Below, piece after piece: positions 28,332-37,775 of a DNA stretch of 64,000 bases. Position numbers and translations under genes: made by a program. The notes under the pieces are model-generated. The model searched no databases. It was not told where the DNA came from and saw nothing but the letters and a program-made list of their open reading frames with translations. Numbering within the stretch: the first letter of the stretch is position 1; each line of letters starts with the position of its first letter. The stretch comes from an uncultured Candidatus Binatia bacterium (GTDB lineage: Bacteria; Desulfobacterota; Binatia; UBA9968; JAJDTQ01). The DNA is taken from the NCBI GenBank assembly GCA_965213675.1, contig CBDCAF010000019.1, positions 1 through 64,000 of the forward strand, in the 5' to 3' direction.

Positions 28332-29953
28332 TAAACCGCCGTGACTGTCTCTTGACCGGATTCCAACATATCAGCCCAAAACTGGTCTATGGTTTGTTCT
28401 TCCGGTGGCATTCTCCATTGGCGTCCCATGCTAACGCTCATTACGCCAGCCTGCAAGGCATCAATCCTACCACGTTGACGGCCTTTGTCCAATTTGGGGT
28501 TGCCGTTGGAATCGTAGACTACAATCGCCTCTGAAATGGCAGAACGCATCAACAGGTTATCTTCCATGTGGAAAATAGAACCGCTGTCGTCGTCGCTAGA
28601 AGCCGATTCGAGGACTTCAGCCTGGAAGGCACGGACATCTTGGCTTCCCTGTTCTCCGTGACCTACCCGGCGCAAGTCTATCTGTTCGTACCAGTGATAC
28701 AGTCCCGCCGCTGATAGCGCCTGTTGCAGGTCTGCCTTTTTCCAGTTGTCTGCCGCCATACCCGCTATTTCCTGGCCTTGAATGTTCTCCATCATGTCGG
28801 CAAGGAACTTGCGGTTGTTCGTCGCGTAGCCATTGTAAAGCCGTAGTTCCCCGCGTCGATACATTTCCGCGTATCGGTCGCCAACGTGGTCTTGCTTGCC
28901 GCGTTCCTCTAGCGTCGGCTTCTTGGGAAGCGCCCCATGCGCCTCGAAGCGCCCTGATACCGGCCAATAAAAGCAGACAGCACTCATTGACCGACTGCCG
29001 CCGAAGTCAATTCCCACGAACACGGGTCCTTCGCGCTTGGCTGCCTTGGGCTTCACGATGTCATCCCAATATTCCAGTTCGACGATGGGACCGAACTTCT
29101 CGACTTCCGGGGTTCCCTTGTTCAATCGTTGCGCCCGCCAGAAAAGAATCTCCGTGCCGTTTTGTGCGCGTTTGAGATCGTCTAGTATCTGCTTCTTCAA
29201 CGATGGGATGTGATCCATGCTCGGATTCGCCTTGCGAACCACATCAATATCAAAGTCAGGATCGTCCTTCTCGGCGGCATAGATGGCACGGTTGTCTATG
29301 GTTTCGTCCTTGAGAAGCCGGGACCACCAGTGCATATCATCTTGCGCCTTAGTCCCAAGCAGCACGAACCGTGCATCCTCCTGCTTACCCAATGCACCTT
29401 TCAGCGCGTTGAACATTTCCTCGCCATCACTACCCTTTGACCATTGGGCCGGTTCGTCTCCGATGAACAAACCAGCCGCGAAGCCGTGTGACAACTTGGG
29501 ATCGCAACCGATAGCGTGAAGTTCCGTACCGTCCGGCAGGTAGCCAATGCTTCGCTTTTGCGTCGAATCCAGGACGCTCCACGGGTTCTTTTGTTTCTGA
29601 CTCCGTGCCGCTTGACGGTCCTCATCAATGCGCTTGGATATGTGCTGAAGGATTCGCTTGAAGCAAACCTTGGCTTGGGTAAGGCTGGCCGACACAAGAA
29701 TGGTGTCTCGCATCGGTTCGTAGAGAGCGCCGCCGGGTGTGATGGCCGTGGTGGCAATGGCGGCGATAAGCGCGGTTTTCCCGTTCCCCCTGGCAATGGT
29801 CAGTGCGCTAATATCCGCGACGCACAGTTCCTTGATAAATTCGATTTCCCACGGCAACAGTTCAAAGGGTTGACCGCGTAGGGGTCCCTCGACAATTTCT
29901 AGCGCACGGATTTCATCAATGATCTGATCCGCTAGGGCATTCCCTTTAAGCAT
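28331..29953 (-). CDS. terL: terminase large subunit
   Basis: LLPWE, Walker A ARGNGKT, Walker B FIGDE, KANPS, GIDFG and RIDALQA motifs. Confidence 0.92.
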   Translation of the reverse strand: MLKGNALADQIIDEIRALEIVEGPLRGQPFELLPWEIEFIKELCVADISALTIARGNGKTALIAAIATTAITPGGALYEPMRDTILVSASLTQAKVCFKRILQHISKRIDEDRQAARSQKQKNPWSVLDSTQKRSIGYLPDGTELHAIGCDPKLSHGFAAGLFIGDEPAQWSKGSDGEEMFNALKGALGKQEDARFVLLGTKAQDDMHWWSRLLKDETIDNRAIYAAEKDDPDFDIDVVRKANPSMDHIPSLKKQILDDLKRAQNGTEILFWRAQRLNKGTPEVEKFGPIVELEYWDDIVKPKAAKREGPVFVGIDFGGSRSMSAVCFYWPVSGRFEAHGALPKKPTLEERGKQDHVGDRYAEMYRRGELRLYNGYATNNRKFLADMMENIQGQEIAGMAADNWKKADLQQALSAAGLYHWYEQIDLRRVGHGEQGSQDVRAFQAEVLESASSDDDSGSIFHMEDNLLMRSAISEAIVVYDSNGNPKLDKGRQRGRIDALQAGVMSVSMGRQWRMPPEEQTIDQFWADMLESGQETVTAV

Positions 29954-29968
29954 AGCCTGACTAATACA

Positions 29969-30122
29969 CTAGCCATGCTTGGTTTGCAAAATCATTTGCT
30001 TATGTTGGCCGTACTCAACCGGCGGTGGTACATCCTGCCATGACATACTAGGCCACCTGCATAGTGCTTCCATTGTACGGCGTTCGCGACGGTCGCCCGT
30101 AACAGTCCAATATTTAACTTTA
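29969..30122 (-). pseudogene. 3' fragment of the IS-interrupted mom-like gene
   Basis: Removing the IS and one TSD joins ..RKPKV in frame to KYWTVTGDRRERRTMEALCRWPSMSW.. (48 aa) and a stop at 29969. Confidence 0.85.
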
Positions 30123-30139
30123 GGGAATTATAGACTTGT

Positions 30140-30352
30140 TTACCCAAGCCGCGAACGGATAGCCCGGTACTCGTCAAGGAGGGACTGCTGAAAGCCGGTT
30201 CGCGTTTCCAGCGGCCAAAGGGCATCAGCGTCCGCGAACAGCGCGTCCAGCTTGTCCGCCAGACGCGAACGCTGGTCGCCGGTCAGCATCGCCAAGGCGT
30301 CCCTCAAGACGCCTTTCGTGACGGCCAGTCGTGCCGCCGCTTCATCGCTCAC
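30140..30352 (-). CDS. small IS passenger protein
   Basis: GTGA overlap with the upstream peptide; 70 aa, helical. Confidence 0.4.
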   Translation of the reverse strand: MSDEAAARLAVTKGVLRDALAMLTGDQRSRLADKLDALFADADALWPLETRTGFQQSLLDEYRAIRSRLG

Positions 30353-30507
30353 TTGGTCTTGAGGAATCGCCAGTCTTTCTTGGGCGGGTTGCGCATGATG
30401 GTCTTGGCGACGGCTTCCGGGCTGGCGTTGATCTTGATCGGCTCCAGGTACTTCGGGGTGACCGGGCGGCCCATCGGCTTCTTGTCGGTGCTCTCGCGCT
30501 TGTTCAT
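30349..30507 (-). CDS. small basic IS passenger peptide
   Basis: ATGA overlap with the REase stop; MNKRESTDKKPMGRP..ASPEAVAKTIMRNPPKKDW. Confidence 0.5.
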   Translation of the reverse strand: MNKRESTDKKPMGRPVTPKYLEPIKINASPEAVAKTIMRNPPKKDWRFLKTK

Positions 30508-31376
30508 GGCGTTGCCCCCAGGGGTCGCAGCTTCTTGCGCAAGGCGCTCTCGAAGTCCTCACGCTTAACGGCATCGGCGGCCAGTAGCTTGTTAGCTGAC
30601 GCTTCCAACGGCAACACTTCCCAGTGGCGCGGCTGGATGCGGTAGTCATCGGATATGTCCAGGGTGAGCCAGACGATATCCCCTTCATTCAAGTCGTGCG
30701 AGGGTTGGGAAGTGTTGCCACCGATAGCCTCAAAGAATGCCGTGTCTACGGCCACGGCCATCTTTTTGCCCCACTGCCGAAGTGTTGGAATCTTCACCAA
30801 AAGTTGCGGCATGAGCCGCTTTGCGCTGGATGATCGCCAGTCCGGGCGCCGACGGACCGTAGGACCGGGCGGCAGGCGTCCGTTATCATCAGCCAAGAGT
30901 TGGAAGTCTGGCGTCATGCCCTTCCCGGAGAAGTAAACTGCTTGGATTTCCAGACCATACCACTCGGATGCCGCGTCATCCCCGGAGAGCACCAGGTCAA
31001 TCCGCCCAGCTCCGCGGTTCGTCTCCGGCGAACGCATGAAGGGCACTTCGGGGGCCACGTAGACATCACTGAAACCGACGATATCCGCAAGCCATCTATG
31101 GACTACTTTGTCCTGTTCAAACCGCTTGGGACACATGATGATAATCTGTCCTACGGGCTCACCGATCCGGTCAGCCAAATGGTCCCCGGTGTAAGGTCGA
31201 TAGTCCCGTTGCGAACAGACGCCGCCCTTCTTCCCACAGGGGCGCCCTGTCTGGAACGGGCATAGGGGCGGTGGCGCTTCTTCCAGGGCGGACTTGGCGA
31301 GTTCCCGGCGCCGTCGCACCGGCATCCCCCATAGGGGTTCGCCGTACCATTCGGCGATACCAAAGCGCTCGCTCAT
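30504..31376 (-). CDS. NotI-family restriction endonuclease
   Basis: Four-Cys CPF..CGKKGGVCS..CPKRF; GRIDLVL..LEIQAVYFSG; RPDWRSSSAKRLMPQL. Confidence 0.85.
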   Translation of the reverse strand: MSERFGIAEWYGEPLWGMPVRRRRELAKSALEEAPPPLCPFQTGRPCGKKGGVCSQRDYRPYTGDHLADRIGEPVGQIIIMCPKRFEQDKVVHRWLADIVGFSDVYVAPEVPFMRSPETNRGAGRIDLVLSGDDAASEWYGLEIQAVYFSGKGMTPDFQLLADDNGRLPPGPTVRRRPDWRSSSAKRLMPQLLVKIPTLRQWGKKMAVAVDTAFFEAIGGNTSQPSHDLNEGDIVWLTLDISDDYRIQPRHWEVLPLEASANKLLAADAVKREDFESALRKKLRPLGATP

Positions 31377-32242
31377 GCGAATATCCTTTCCCGCGTGATT
31401 ACCAGTTCGGGCAGATGGTTGTGGTGCGCATTTTTCATCGTCACTCGCACGGCGTGGAATCCATATTGATGCACCAATTCCACAATCTCGGGGGCGGCGT
31501 CGTAGGTCATCAGGAAGTCTGCGGAATGACGGGCCAAGGTTTTGAACAGGGCGGCATGGTCAACCGTGTTGTGGGCATAGAGCCGGTGACCGGGCCTTTT
31601 ACCGCTAGCCGCTGTATAGGGCGGGTCGAGGAATACCGCGACACTTTCCGTGCCGGTTAGCAGGTAATCCAGTATCCGGGCTCCGTCACCTTCCAAGAAG
31701 TGAATCTTGTCTGCGTGGCGCTCTATTTCTGCAATCCGGTGGACCAATGTCTCAGGATACCATCGAGACAGCACTCCCTTGCCATTCTCGCCGTTGCGCG
31801 TGAAGGATGCGCCAGGGGCCAAGATTCCCGCCCGCTTCGTGCGGTTCAGCACCAGCGTGCGAAACCCATGCTCGCCTGCTCCGGTGATCCCATTCTGTTC
31901 GAGATCCAAGAGTGTTTCTCGCGTCGGCGTGAACTGCGCAATCCATTCCCGGAGCATGGCCCCGTCTCTTAACGCGGCATGCCAAAAGGCCGCAACGTCG
32001 TGATCGATCTCGATCATAATGGCGCGATCAGTCAGGTCCTCCATGACGGCGGTAAGCGAGACGATCCCGCCGCCTGCGAACGGCTCCACCAGAGTCTTCG
32101 GCCTTGTGACCTTCAGCCACTCCCGGATGTGCGGAACGAGCCATGTTTTGCCGCCCGGATAGCGAAGCGGGCTACGCTGTGGCACCGTGGCGACGTTGAC
32201 GGCGGGGAAGCGTGACGTGGGGAATGCCACGCTAGAAGACAT
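31373..32242 (-). CDS. Dam-like (D12 class) DNA adenine methyltransferase
   Basis: SPLRYPGGK, EPFAGGG and FLDPPY motifs. Confidence 0.9.
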   Translation of the reverse strand: MSSSVAFPTSRFPAVNVATVPQRSPLRYPGGKTWLVPHIREWLKVTRPKTLVEPFAGGGIVSLTAVMEDLTDRAIMIEIDHDVAAFWHAALRDGAMLREWIAQFTPTRETLLDLEQNGITGAGEHGFRTLVLNRTKRAGILAPGASFTRNGENGKGVLSRWYPETLVHRIAEIERHADKIHFLEGDGARILDYLLTGTESVAVFLDPPYTAASGKRPGHRLYAHNTVDHAALFKTLARHSADFLMTYDAAPEIVELVHQYGFHAVRVTMKNAHHNHLPELVITRERIFA

Positions 32243-33221
32243 CGGAGCCTCCCGGATGCACGGCGGGCGCGGCAGTGGCGGTCAAGTCCGCGTAAGGCAG
32301 CCGCTTCCCGTCCATGCGATGTGCCGTGGTCGCCATCTGCGTCAGCGTGTTGTCTTGGCGCTGGTTGTGCCGCCCGGAGAACTCGTTGACGTAGCGACCC
32401 AGGTGCTTGGCGCTCATCTTGTGGTAAGTGCCGTGGTAGCCGCGCTTCAGCATCGACCAGAAGGACTCGATCCCGTTGGTGTGTGCCATGCCGTCCACGT
32501 ACTCGCCAACCGAGTGCTTGACGGCTTCATGGTTCGGGAGTCCGCGATAGGCGGCGTGTTCGTCGGTGTAGACCTTCGCCCCGTCGGCGGTGTGGTCCGC
32601 CACGAACCCTTGAAGTGTCGCCGTGGTGGTATCGTCCACTACAGTGGCGCTCACGGCGTTGGTGTCCCGATCCTTTGCCCCTACCACGGCGACCTTGCCC
32701 ACTGCGCCCCGCCCGGCGCGGAGCTTCTTCGAGGCATGCTTGTTCTTTTCCTTGCCGCCGATGTAGGTTTCGTCCACTTCCACCGGACCGGCAAACTCAC
32801 CCGCTTCGTCCTGGAATGTCTCGCGAATCCGCATCGCCATGAACCACGCAGACTTTTGGGAGATTCCCAAGTCCCGATGAAGCTTCATCGAGGAAACACC
32901 CTTCAGGTTGGTGGTCAACAGGTAGATGGCAATCATCCACTTTTGGCACCCGATAGGCGAGTTGTGCATCAGGGTTCCGGTCTTGACCGAGAAGTCCTTT
33001 CGGCAGTCCCGGCAACGGTAGGGTTGCGGCTTCCGGCTGGCTCTCTCGTGGATGTTGGCGGACTCGCATTCCGGGCAACGCGGCCCGTCCGACCAACGCC
33101 ACTCCGCAAACTGGCGTTCCGCCGTGGCGTCATCCGGGAACATCTTGAACAAATCGACGACCGAGAGTCCGATTCTGTAGTACTTGCCGGGTGCCTTGTG
33201 CGCCATCTTTCCTACCTCCAA
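32232..33221 (-). CDS. IS1595-family DDE transposase
   Basis: Paralogue of 1033-2016: CPEC..CRDC, VEVDETY, TDEH, HTNGIESFW, C-terminal SDVF. Confidence 0.95.
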   Translation of the reverse strand: MEVGKMAHKAPGKYYRIGLSVVDLFKMFPDDATAERQFAEWRWSDGPRCPECESANIHERASRKPQPYRCRDCRKDFSVKTGTLMHNSPIGCQKWMIAIYLLTTNLKGVSSMKLHRDLGISQKSAWFMAMRIRETFQDEAGEFAGPVEVDETYIGGKEKNKHASKKLRAGRGAVGKVAVVGAKDRDTNAVSATVVDDTTTATLQGFVADHTADGAKVYTDEHAAYRGLPNHEAVKHSVGEYVDGMAHTNGIESFWSMLKRGYHGTYHKMSAKHLGRYVNEFSGRHNQRQDNTLTQMATTAHRMDGKRLPYADLTATAAPAVHPGGSDVF

Positions 33222-33240
33222 CTTATGGAAGTAGTTTACC

Positions 33241-33486
33241 CTAGGCAGGGCGGGAAGTCAAGCCGGTTCGCTCGATTAGTTCGCTCAGGGCGATCATTTG
33301 TTGGGCAAGAGCCACCATCGCTTGTTCGTGGCGTTGGTCGGCTCGCCTTGTGCTTTCCTCCTCTCGCTTCGTGCGCGATTCGTTGGCTTCCCGCATCTGT
33401 TTCAGACCTTGGCTCAACAGGCGGTAATTGACGATGGTGCCAATAAGGATGGCAACGGGGGTTAGCCCGACCTGCAGGACTTCCAC
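33241..33486 (-). CDS. small membrane passenger protein of the IS
   Basis: AAAGGAAGG RBS; TM plus coiled coil. Confidence 0.5.
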   Translation of the reverse strand: MEVLQVGLTPVAILIGTIVNYRLLSQGLKQMREANESRTKREEESTRRADQRHEQAMVALAQQMIALSELIERTGLTSRPA

Positions 33487-33605
33487 GGGACCTTCCTTTC
33501 TCCGTGCTGACTTGACGGATTCGTCAACTTGACATACCGAGAAGGGTTACGGGGTGTCAATAGCCTATCGCACTTTTCGGCAATGTCTGGCTTGGGTAAA
33601 CTAGT

Positions 33606-34121
33606 CTATAATTCCCTAACTTTAGGCTTACGCCGCAAGGTCCCGACAATTCCCGACCTCGAAGCATCACGGGTATGCTTTCCACTGATAGGAATGTAAT
33701 CAAGGCGCGGCAATCTCCTTTCCATATCTGTCCATCCCGCATACCGCCAATTAGCGGCCCTGTAGACGTAGCCAAGGTGGCCCTGTGTGGTATCTGCGTA
33801 GCTCACCACAATGGCCGGCCGAAAAGCCCTAAGAGCCCGCGAGAGAAACCAAGTCTCGGTGTTGCGTGGCAATCGGTCGCTAACCCACAACCGATTCAAC
33901 TCAAAAACTACATCCGGTGATCGTGGGGCAACGGACACACGTAAATGGTGTGAGGCAGGGACGCCAAGGGTGATAATACCCTGTGGCTCGCCCCACCAAC
34001 TATCACGCAAGCAAAAGGCGTCGGATATGGACGGTTTCCGGTGTAAGTAGTGTTCGCGAATGATAATAATTGCCGCATCCGAACTTTTAATCCGTTCTAC
34101 AGTTAACTGTTGCCTCATCAT
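33606..34121 (-). pseudogene. mom: Mom-like DNA modification protein (GNAT fold), 5' part, truncated by the IS
   Basis: EHYLHR, FELNRLW, RNTETWFLS and VSYADTTQGHLGYVYRAANW motifs; the stop lies inside the IS end. Confidence 0.8.
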
Positions 34122-34498
34122 ACTTCCACCTGCACCCACGCTTCGTATCCCGATTCGTTGACCCGTCGTTCTAGTTCCACCTTCTTTCCGCACACCGTCA
34201 CCACCTTTCGTTCCCCCGTTGCAACGAAGGGCGCGGGTCGGTCCAAGTCCATATCGTTGTGCCCCCGCAACCTCCTTTGCTTTTCCTCCTTTCCCAACGG
34301 CCTGCGTTTTGCCTTCGCGGATCGTTCTCTAAGTCCACGTTCCGCTTCCCGCTGGCATTCCCACTTTTCACAACGGTAGTACATCAACCCACCAAGCCGA
34401 CGCGGGACCAACTCTCGAAGGTCGCCACACGTAGGACAAATCGGAGACCCACTCCCGGTAGTTCCACCCATGACCAGCTCCTTACTCCTTGCCTGCAA
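34118..34498 (-). CDS. hypothetical Zn-ribbon protein
   Basis: CPTC..CEKWEC; coupled to the mom-like gene. Confidence 0.5.
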   Translation of the reverse strand: MQARSKELVMGGTTGSGSPICPTCGDLRELVPRRLGGLMYYRCEKWECQREAERGLRERSAKAKRRPLGKEEKQRRLRGHNDMDLDRPAPFVATGERKVVTVCGKKVELERRVNESGYEAWVQVEV

Positions 34499-34973
34499 AC
34501 CACTGGCATTCAGTACACCACTTCGTTGTCCCTATCGGCCCGTCGCAATGAACGCATGTCGTTCCCTTGAGCTTTTTCCGTTCCCGATAACGGTAGTTGT
34601 ATAAGGGTGCGCTTGCCCGTTGTCGTTCCATGACATCCGGGTGCTGTTGCCGATACTGAAGGGCATACAGACGTTTCTTTTCAATCACTTCGGGTCGGCT
34701 GTTGTAATCCAGCATGTATTCTTGCCGGCGCTTACGTGCGTGTGGACGCTTGTTGTATTCCTTCAGATACGCGCCGTGCTTTTTGCGAAAAGTATCCTGC
34801 CGGACATATTCAGACCGGCGTTTCTTTACTTCCGGTCGGTTCCGGTACTCCCGCATGTATTCGCGGTGACGTTCCCTGTTTTCCGGTCGGTTCCGGTACT
34901 CTCGCCAACGTGCCCTGTCGCGAATCTTCTTCTCATCGTCCATTGCCATCTTGCTTAATACTCCTGACATCAC
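34482..34973 (-). CDS. Arg/Tyr-rich repeat protein with C-terminal Zn finger
   Basis: REYRNRPE repeats; CVHC..CTEC. Confidence 0.6.
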   Translation of the reverse strand: MMSGVLSKMAMDDEKKIRDRARWREYRNRPENRERHREYMREYRNRPEVKKRRSEYVRQDTFRKKHGAYLKEYNKRPHARKRRQEYMLDYNSRPEVIEKKRLYALQYRQQHPDVMERQRASAPLYNYRYRERKKLKGTTCVHCDGPIGTTKWCTECQWFAGKE

Positions 34974-35310
34974 TCCTTAGCGCCGTCAGCTTTATGCACT
35001 TTGCCAACACTGCACCGGGCGGCATATAGCATAGTTCCTCTTCGTAGGACGGATTGGTCCAGACTTTGGTTGCACTAGACGGTTCATATAAACACTCAAA
35101 CAGCAGATAATCGTCAGGGAACTCGAACTTTTTTACGTGTTGATATGCAGATCGAAGGTCCTCAAATAGCACCAAGGGGCCACATCCGGCTTTGGGGTAT
35201 GTCCAGTGGTGAAGGCTATATAGAACCTCTCCAAACCCACGCGCTACCGACATGCTCCACAGTTGACCCCACCTTCTTCGCACGATCTTGTATCCTATTT
35301 TCAGTGTCAT
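34933..35310 (-). CDS. phage protein, tandem paralogue B
   Basis: MTLKIGYKIV..WTYP..GPL..FECLYEPS..MPPGAVLAKC. Confidence 0.65.
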   Translation of the reverse strand: MTLKIGYKIVRRRWGQLWSMSVARGFGEVLYSLHHWTYPKAGCGPLVLFEDLRSAYQHVKKFEFPDDYLLFECLYEPSSATKVWTNPSYEEELCYMPPGAVLAKCIKLTALRSDVRSIKQDGNGR

Positions 35311-35335
35311 GCTTATCTCTCCCCCAAGACATCCT

Positions 35336-35707
35336 TTAGGAAAACGGCAAGGTTGAACCATCTTCGTCTGCCAGTATCTTTACGCACTTCGCCAGTACAG
35401 TACCGACTGGCATACGTTCTATGCCGGTAATCAGATGGGGTATCCACACGCTCTTTTCCCGCGACGGTTCGTATAAGCACTTAACGATACGGCAGGGTTG
35501 CTGTTTCAAGATAGGGCGATATGACCGCATACACTCATACGCACTGGAATAATCGTCGAACACAGTGATGGGACCGTATCCAATACACGGATATGTCCAC
35601 CTATCGCACTTATAGGTTAGCCACCCTGTCAACCCTTGTTTCGCCCATACGCTAACAAACTCCCCTTTGAGTTTCTGGACCACCTTGTATCCCGTTTTCA
35701 ATTCCAT
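35336..35707 (-). CDS. phage protein, tandem paralogue A
   Basis: MELKTGYKVV..WTYP..GPI..KCLYEPS..MPVGTVLAKC. Confidence 0.65.
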   Translation of the reverse strand: MELKTGYKVVQKLKGEFVSVWAKQGLTGWLTYKCDRWTYPCIGYGPITVFDDYSSAYECMRSYRPILKQQPCRIVKCLYEPSREKSVWIPHLITGIERMPVGTVLAKCVKILADEDGSTLPFS

Positions 35708-35709
35708 GC

Positions 35710-36015
35710 CTATTCCTCCCCCAGGACATCCTTCAGACACACGGCAAGGTCGTACCACCGGCCCTCGTATCCACATGCGTAGCACGGGTGATATGGGTAT
35801 TCCCACATGGGTTTTTCCTCCCCACAATTGACGCAGTAGGCATACGTTTCGTCCTCCATGCAACCGTCGCACAACCATGAACCGTGATAGTAGTACATGA
35901 CATCGGCAGGTGCGGACTGATCGCAGGTCCCGTCGCATGGGTACAGCCGTATGGGTATTTCATCCTTGCGCGGGGTTGCCATCCCGGTCATTGGCAATCC
36001 ATATGTTACTTCCAT
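35710..36015 (-). CDS. Cys-rich Zn-binding protein
   Basis: GGAGG RBS; four CxxC-type pairs. Confidence 0.6.
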   Translation of the reverse strand: MEVTYGLPMTGMATPRKDEIPIRLYPCDGTCDQSAPADVMYYYHGSWLCDGCMEDETYAYCVNCGEEKPMWEYPYHPCYACGYEGRWYDLAVCLKDVLGEE

Positions 36016-36024
36016 CGAAACCTC

Positions 36025-36330
36025 CTAGTCGAACTTCATTACGTTCTGCCGCCACTTCAACAGCCGTTCGTCTGTACCGTCCTCTTGCCTGTCACGAAAT
36101 TCATTCATGGACTTAAGGATGTGGCAGTCCCGGCACAACGCCTGCCAGTTGGTCTTGTCGTAAAACCGTTGTGGTGCCTTGTGAACCGGGATGATGTGAT
36201 CCAATTCGGCGGACTTCTTCACGATCCCGTGACGTTGACACTCCGCGCAAAGCGGGTGTGCCGCCATATAGTTCTTCCGTTCGCGAACGTATCGCGGACC
36301 CTTCCGTTCCTTGCGCGGGTCGAAGTTCAT
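36025..36330 (-). CDS. HNH endonuclease (packaging-associated type)
   Basis: PLCAEC..LDHIIP..NWQALCRDCH..KS. Confidence 0.88.
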   Translation of the reverse strand: MNFDPRKERKGPRYVRERKNYMAAHPLCAECQRHGIVKKSAELDHIIPVHKAPQRFYDKTNWQALCRDCHILKSMNEFRDRQEDGTDERLLKWRQNVMKFD

Positions 36331-36632
36331 TTTGTAATCTTGCTATACCTTAGAACCCTTCCGCTCACGGTGACAAGGTAGTCAGTTCGGGGAATCGGAC
36401 CACCCTCGCTAACAAACTTACCCGTGGCGTCAAGCTCCCCGATCTTGCGACCTATAAAGGGCTGCATCACCCTGAATATTTCCCTAAGCCCACCGTTCGA
36501 CAAGGTTACGCGAACAAACCCATCAACCGCACTCAAGTAAAGCGTGGCTTCCGTCTCCGTTAGGAAATTGTCAATACACGTATAGGGTTCCCGTAGTTCA
36601 AAAAGTTCAGTCATTTGCCTGCCTTCCTCCAA
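36327..36632 (-). CDS. hypothetical protein
   Basis: Coupled ORF in the leftward operon. Confidence 0.5.
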   Translation of the reverse strand: MEEGRQMTELFELREPYTCIDNFLTETEATLYLSAVDGFVRVTLSNGGLREIFRVMQPFIGRKIGELDATGKFVSEGGPIPRTDYLVTVSGRVLRYSKITK

Positions 36633-36835
36633 TTCGGCGTTAGTTCGTAGTGTTCGATCCGTGCGATTAACTCCGAATCGGACAACCCAAGTGACTTTGC
36701 AGCGGCATGGAATTGCGGTCCATACTCGTTCAGGGTCTTGATAATCAGCTCGCGTTCGGCAGTATCGGCCATATCATCAATGAGTTGTTTCCAACGCAAC
36801 CGGACGCGGCTTCGTGCTTCGTCGATACGGTTCAC
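36611..36835 (-). CDS. Fis-type HTH protein
   Basis: ERELIIKTLNEYG..AAAKSLGLS..L..RIEHYEL. Confidence 0.7.
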   Translation of the reverse strand: MNRIDEARSRVRLRWKQLIDDMADTAERELIIKTLNEYGPQFHAAAKSLGLSDSELIARIEHYELTPNWRKAGK

Positions 36836-36841
36836 TGGACA

Positions 36842-37078
36842 TCACCCATTATCCAAGGTGATGTATGTCTTGCTTGGGTCAACCCTTGTATGAAATGCAA
36901 TCGCCGCATTCCGATACGAAAGTGCCTCCAATAGGTAGTTGACGGCTTCAACCATGTCCTCTTTATTCTGTTCCACCGTCAACACGATTTCGTTTTGTGG
37001 ACGCCGGTATTTCCCCGTTGCGTTCAACATCAATACTGCTTTCATCGTAATGCTTCCTCTATCTTCCCACTTAGCCAA
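36842..37078 (-). CDS. hypothetical protein
   Basis: ORF in the leftward operon. Confidence 0.4.
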   Translation of the reverse strand: MAKWEDRGSITMKAVLMLNATGKYRRPQNEIVLTVEQNKEDMVEAVNYLLEALSYRNAAIAFHTRVDPSKTYITLDNG

Positions 37079-37362
37079 TCATCGGGACGCCACAAGTAGT
37101 ATTCAACGTAGGGTCCCGCGAATTCGACATGCCGTTCAAGCCGTTCACGCCAACGCTTTTGATCCTTCGTAATGGGTCCCGTGTCCGATTTCAGTTCTGC
37201 GTATACCGCTTTGCCAGCGCGAACCATGACCAAATCGGGGAAGCCCGGTTCGCTTCGGCGGCTATCGTATGTGTGGTAACAAAGCCAACCGCGCCATCGC
37301 GCTAGTTCGAGTACGCTGACTTGTAGCTCCTCTTCCGACATTAGACCTTGTTTTACAGGCAT
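37042..37362 (-). CDS. VRR-NUC domain nuclease
   Basis: SEEELQ..YHTYDSRRSEPGFPDLVM..AELKS..Q..W..LWRPDD. Confidence 0.85.
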   Translation of the reverse strand: MPVKQGLMSEEELQVSVLELARWRGWLCYHTYDSRRSEPGFPDLVMVRAGKAVYAELKSDTGPITKDQKRWRERLERHVEFAGPYVEYYLWRPDDWLSGKIEEALR

Positions 37363-37369
37363 TTTTTTA

Positions 37370-37600
37370 TTACCTTATCGAGTTCCGCCAAAGCCGCATA
37401 TTGGTCGAAGAACCTTGCCACGCCCTTTCGCACACCCTACAGGTTGCCTTCTCCCACTCATCGGTAATCAAGAGCGTAATGTCATCTTGGGTAGGAGGCA
37501 ACGTTCTGTTGGGATGCGGGAATTTCGCGTAATCCCATAGCCATTTACCGCAACAGCTTACCCAATCCCGCCTAAGATGCACCTTCCGTTTCTTACCCAT
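37370..37600 (-). CDS. small Zn-binding protein
   Basis: KVH..CG..ATCRVC. Confidence 0.55.
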   Translation of the reverse strand: MGKKRKVHLRRDWVSCCGKWLWDYAKFPHPNRTLPPTQDDITLLITDEWEKATCRVCERAWQGSSTNMRLWRNSIR

Positions 37601-37775
37601 GATCCCTCCATTCCTCCCTTATCCGACGAAGGAATTTTATGCAGCGAAGGCACGTTATTTCCGATTCCTTGTCGGTTCCCGAATCATGCGTCTCTCCCCA
37701 AGCACGACGAATTGGAGTGCCACAAACGCTACGTGCGGGCCAGAATAACTGCCGCATGTGTTTCTTCAATTTCAT
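37593..37775 (-). CDS. small Zn-binding protein
   Basis: H..VCG..ITCLRC, similar to the neighbouring gene. Confidence 0.5.
   Translation of the reverse strand: MKLKKHMRQLFWPARSVCGTPIRRAWGETHDSGTDKESEITCLRCIKFLRRIREEWRDHG

Larger units (their letters stand above)
30123..33616 (-). mobile_element. IS1595-family element carrying a type II R-M system
   Basis: 28-bp IRs GGGAATTATAGACTWGTTTACCCAAGCC (27/28 match); 8-bp TSD TAACTTTA at 30115-30122 and 33617-33624. Confidence 0.95.

Noticed and set aside
32187-33431. 414-aa plus-strand ORF and other long antisense ORFs (24368-25822, 12462-13538, 17671-18768)
   Set aside because: Antisense shadows of well-supported genes in GC-rich DNA
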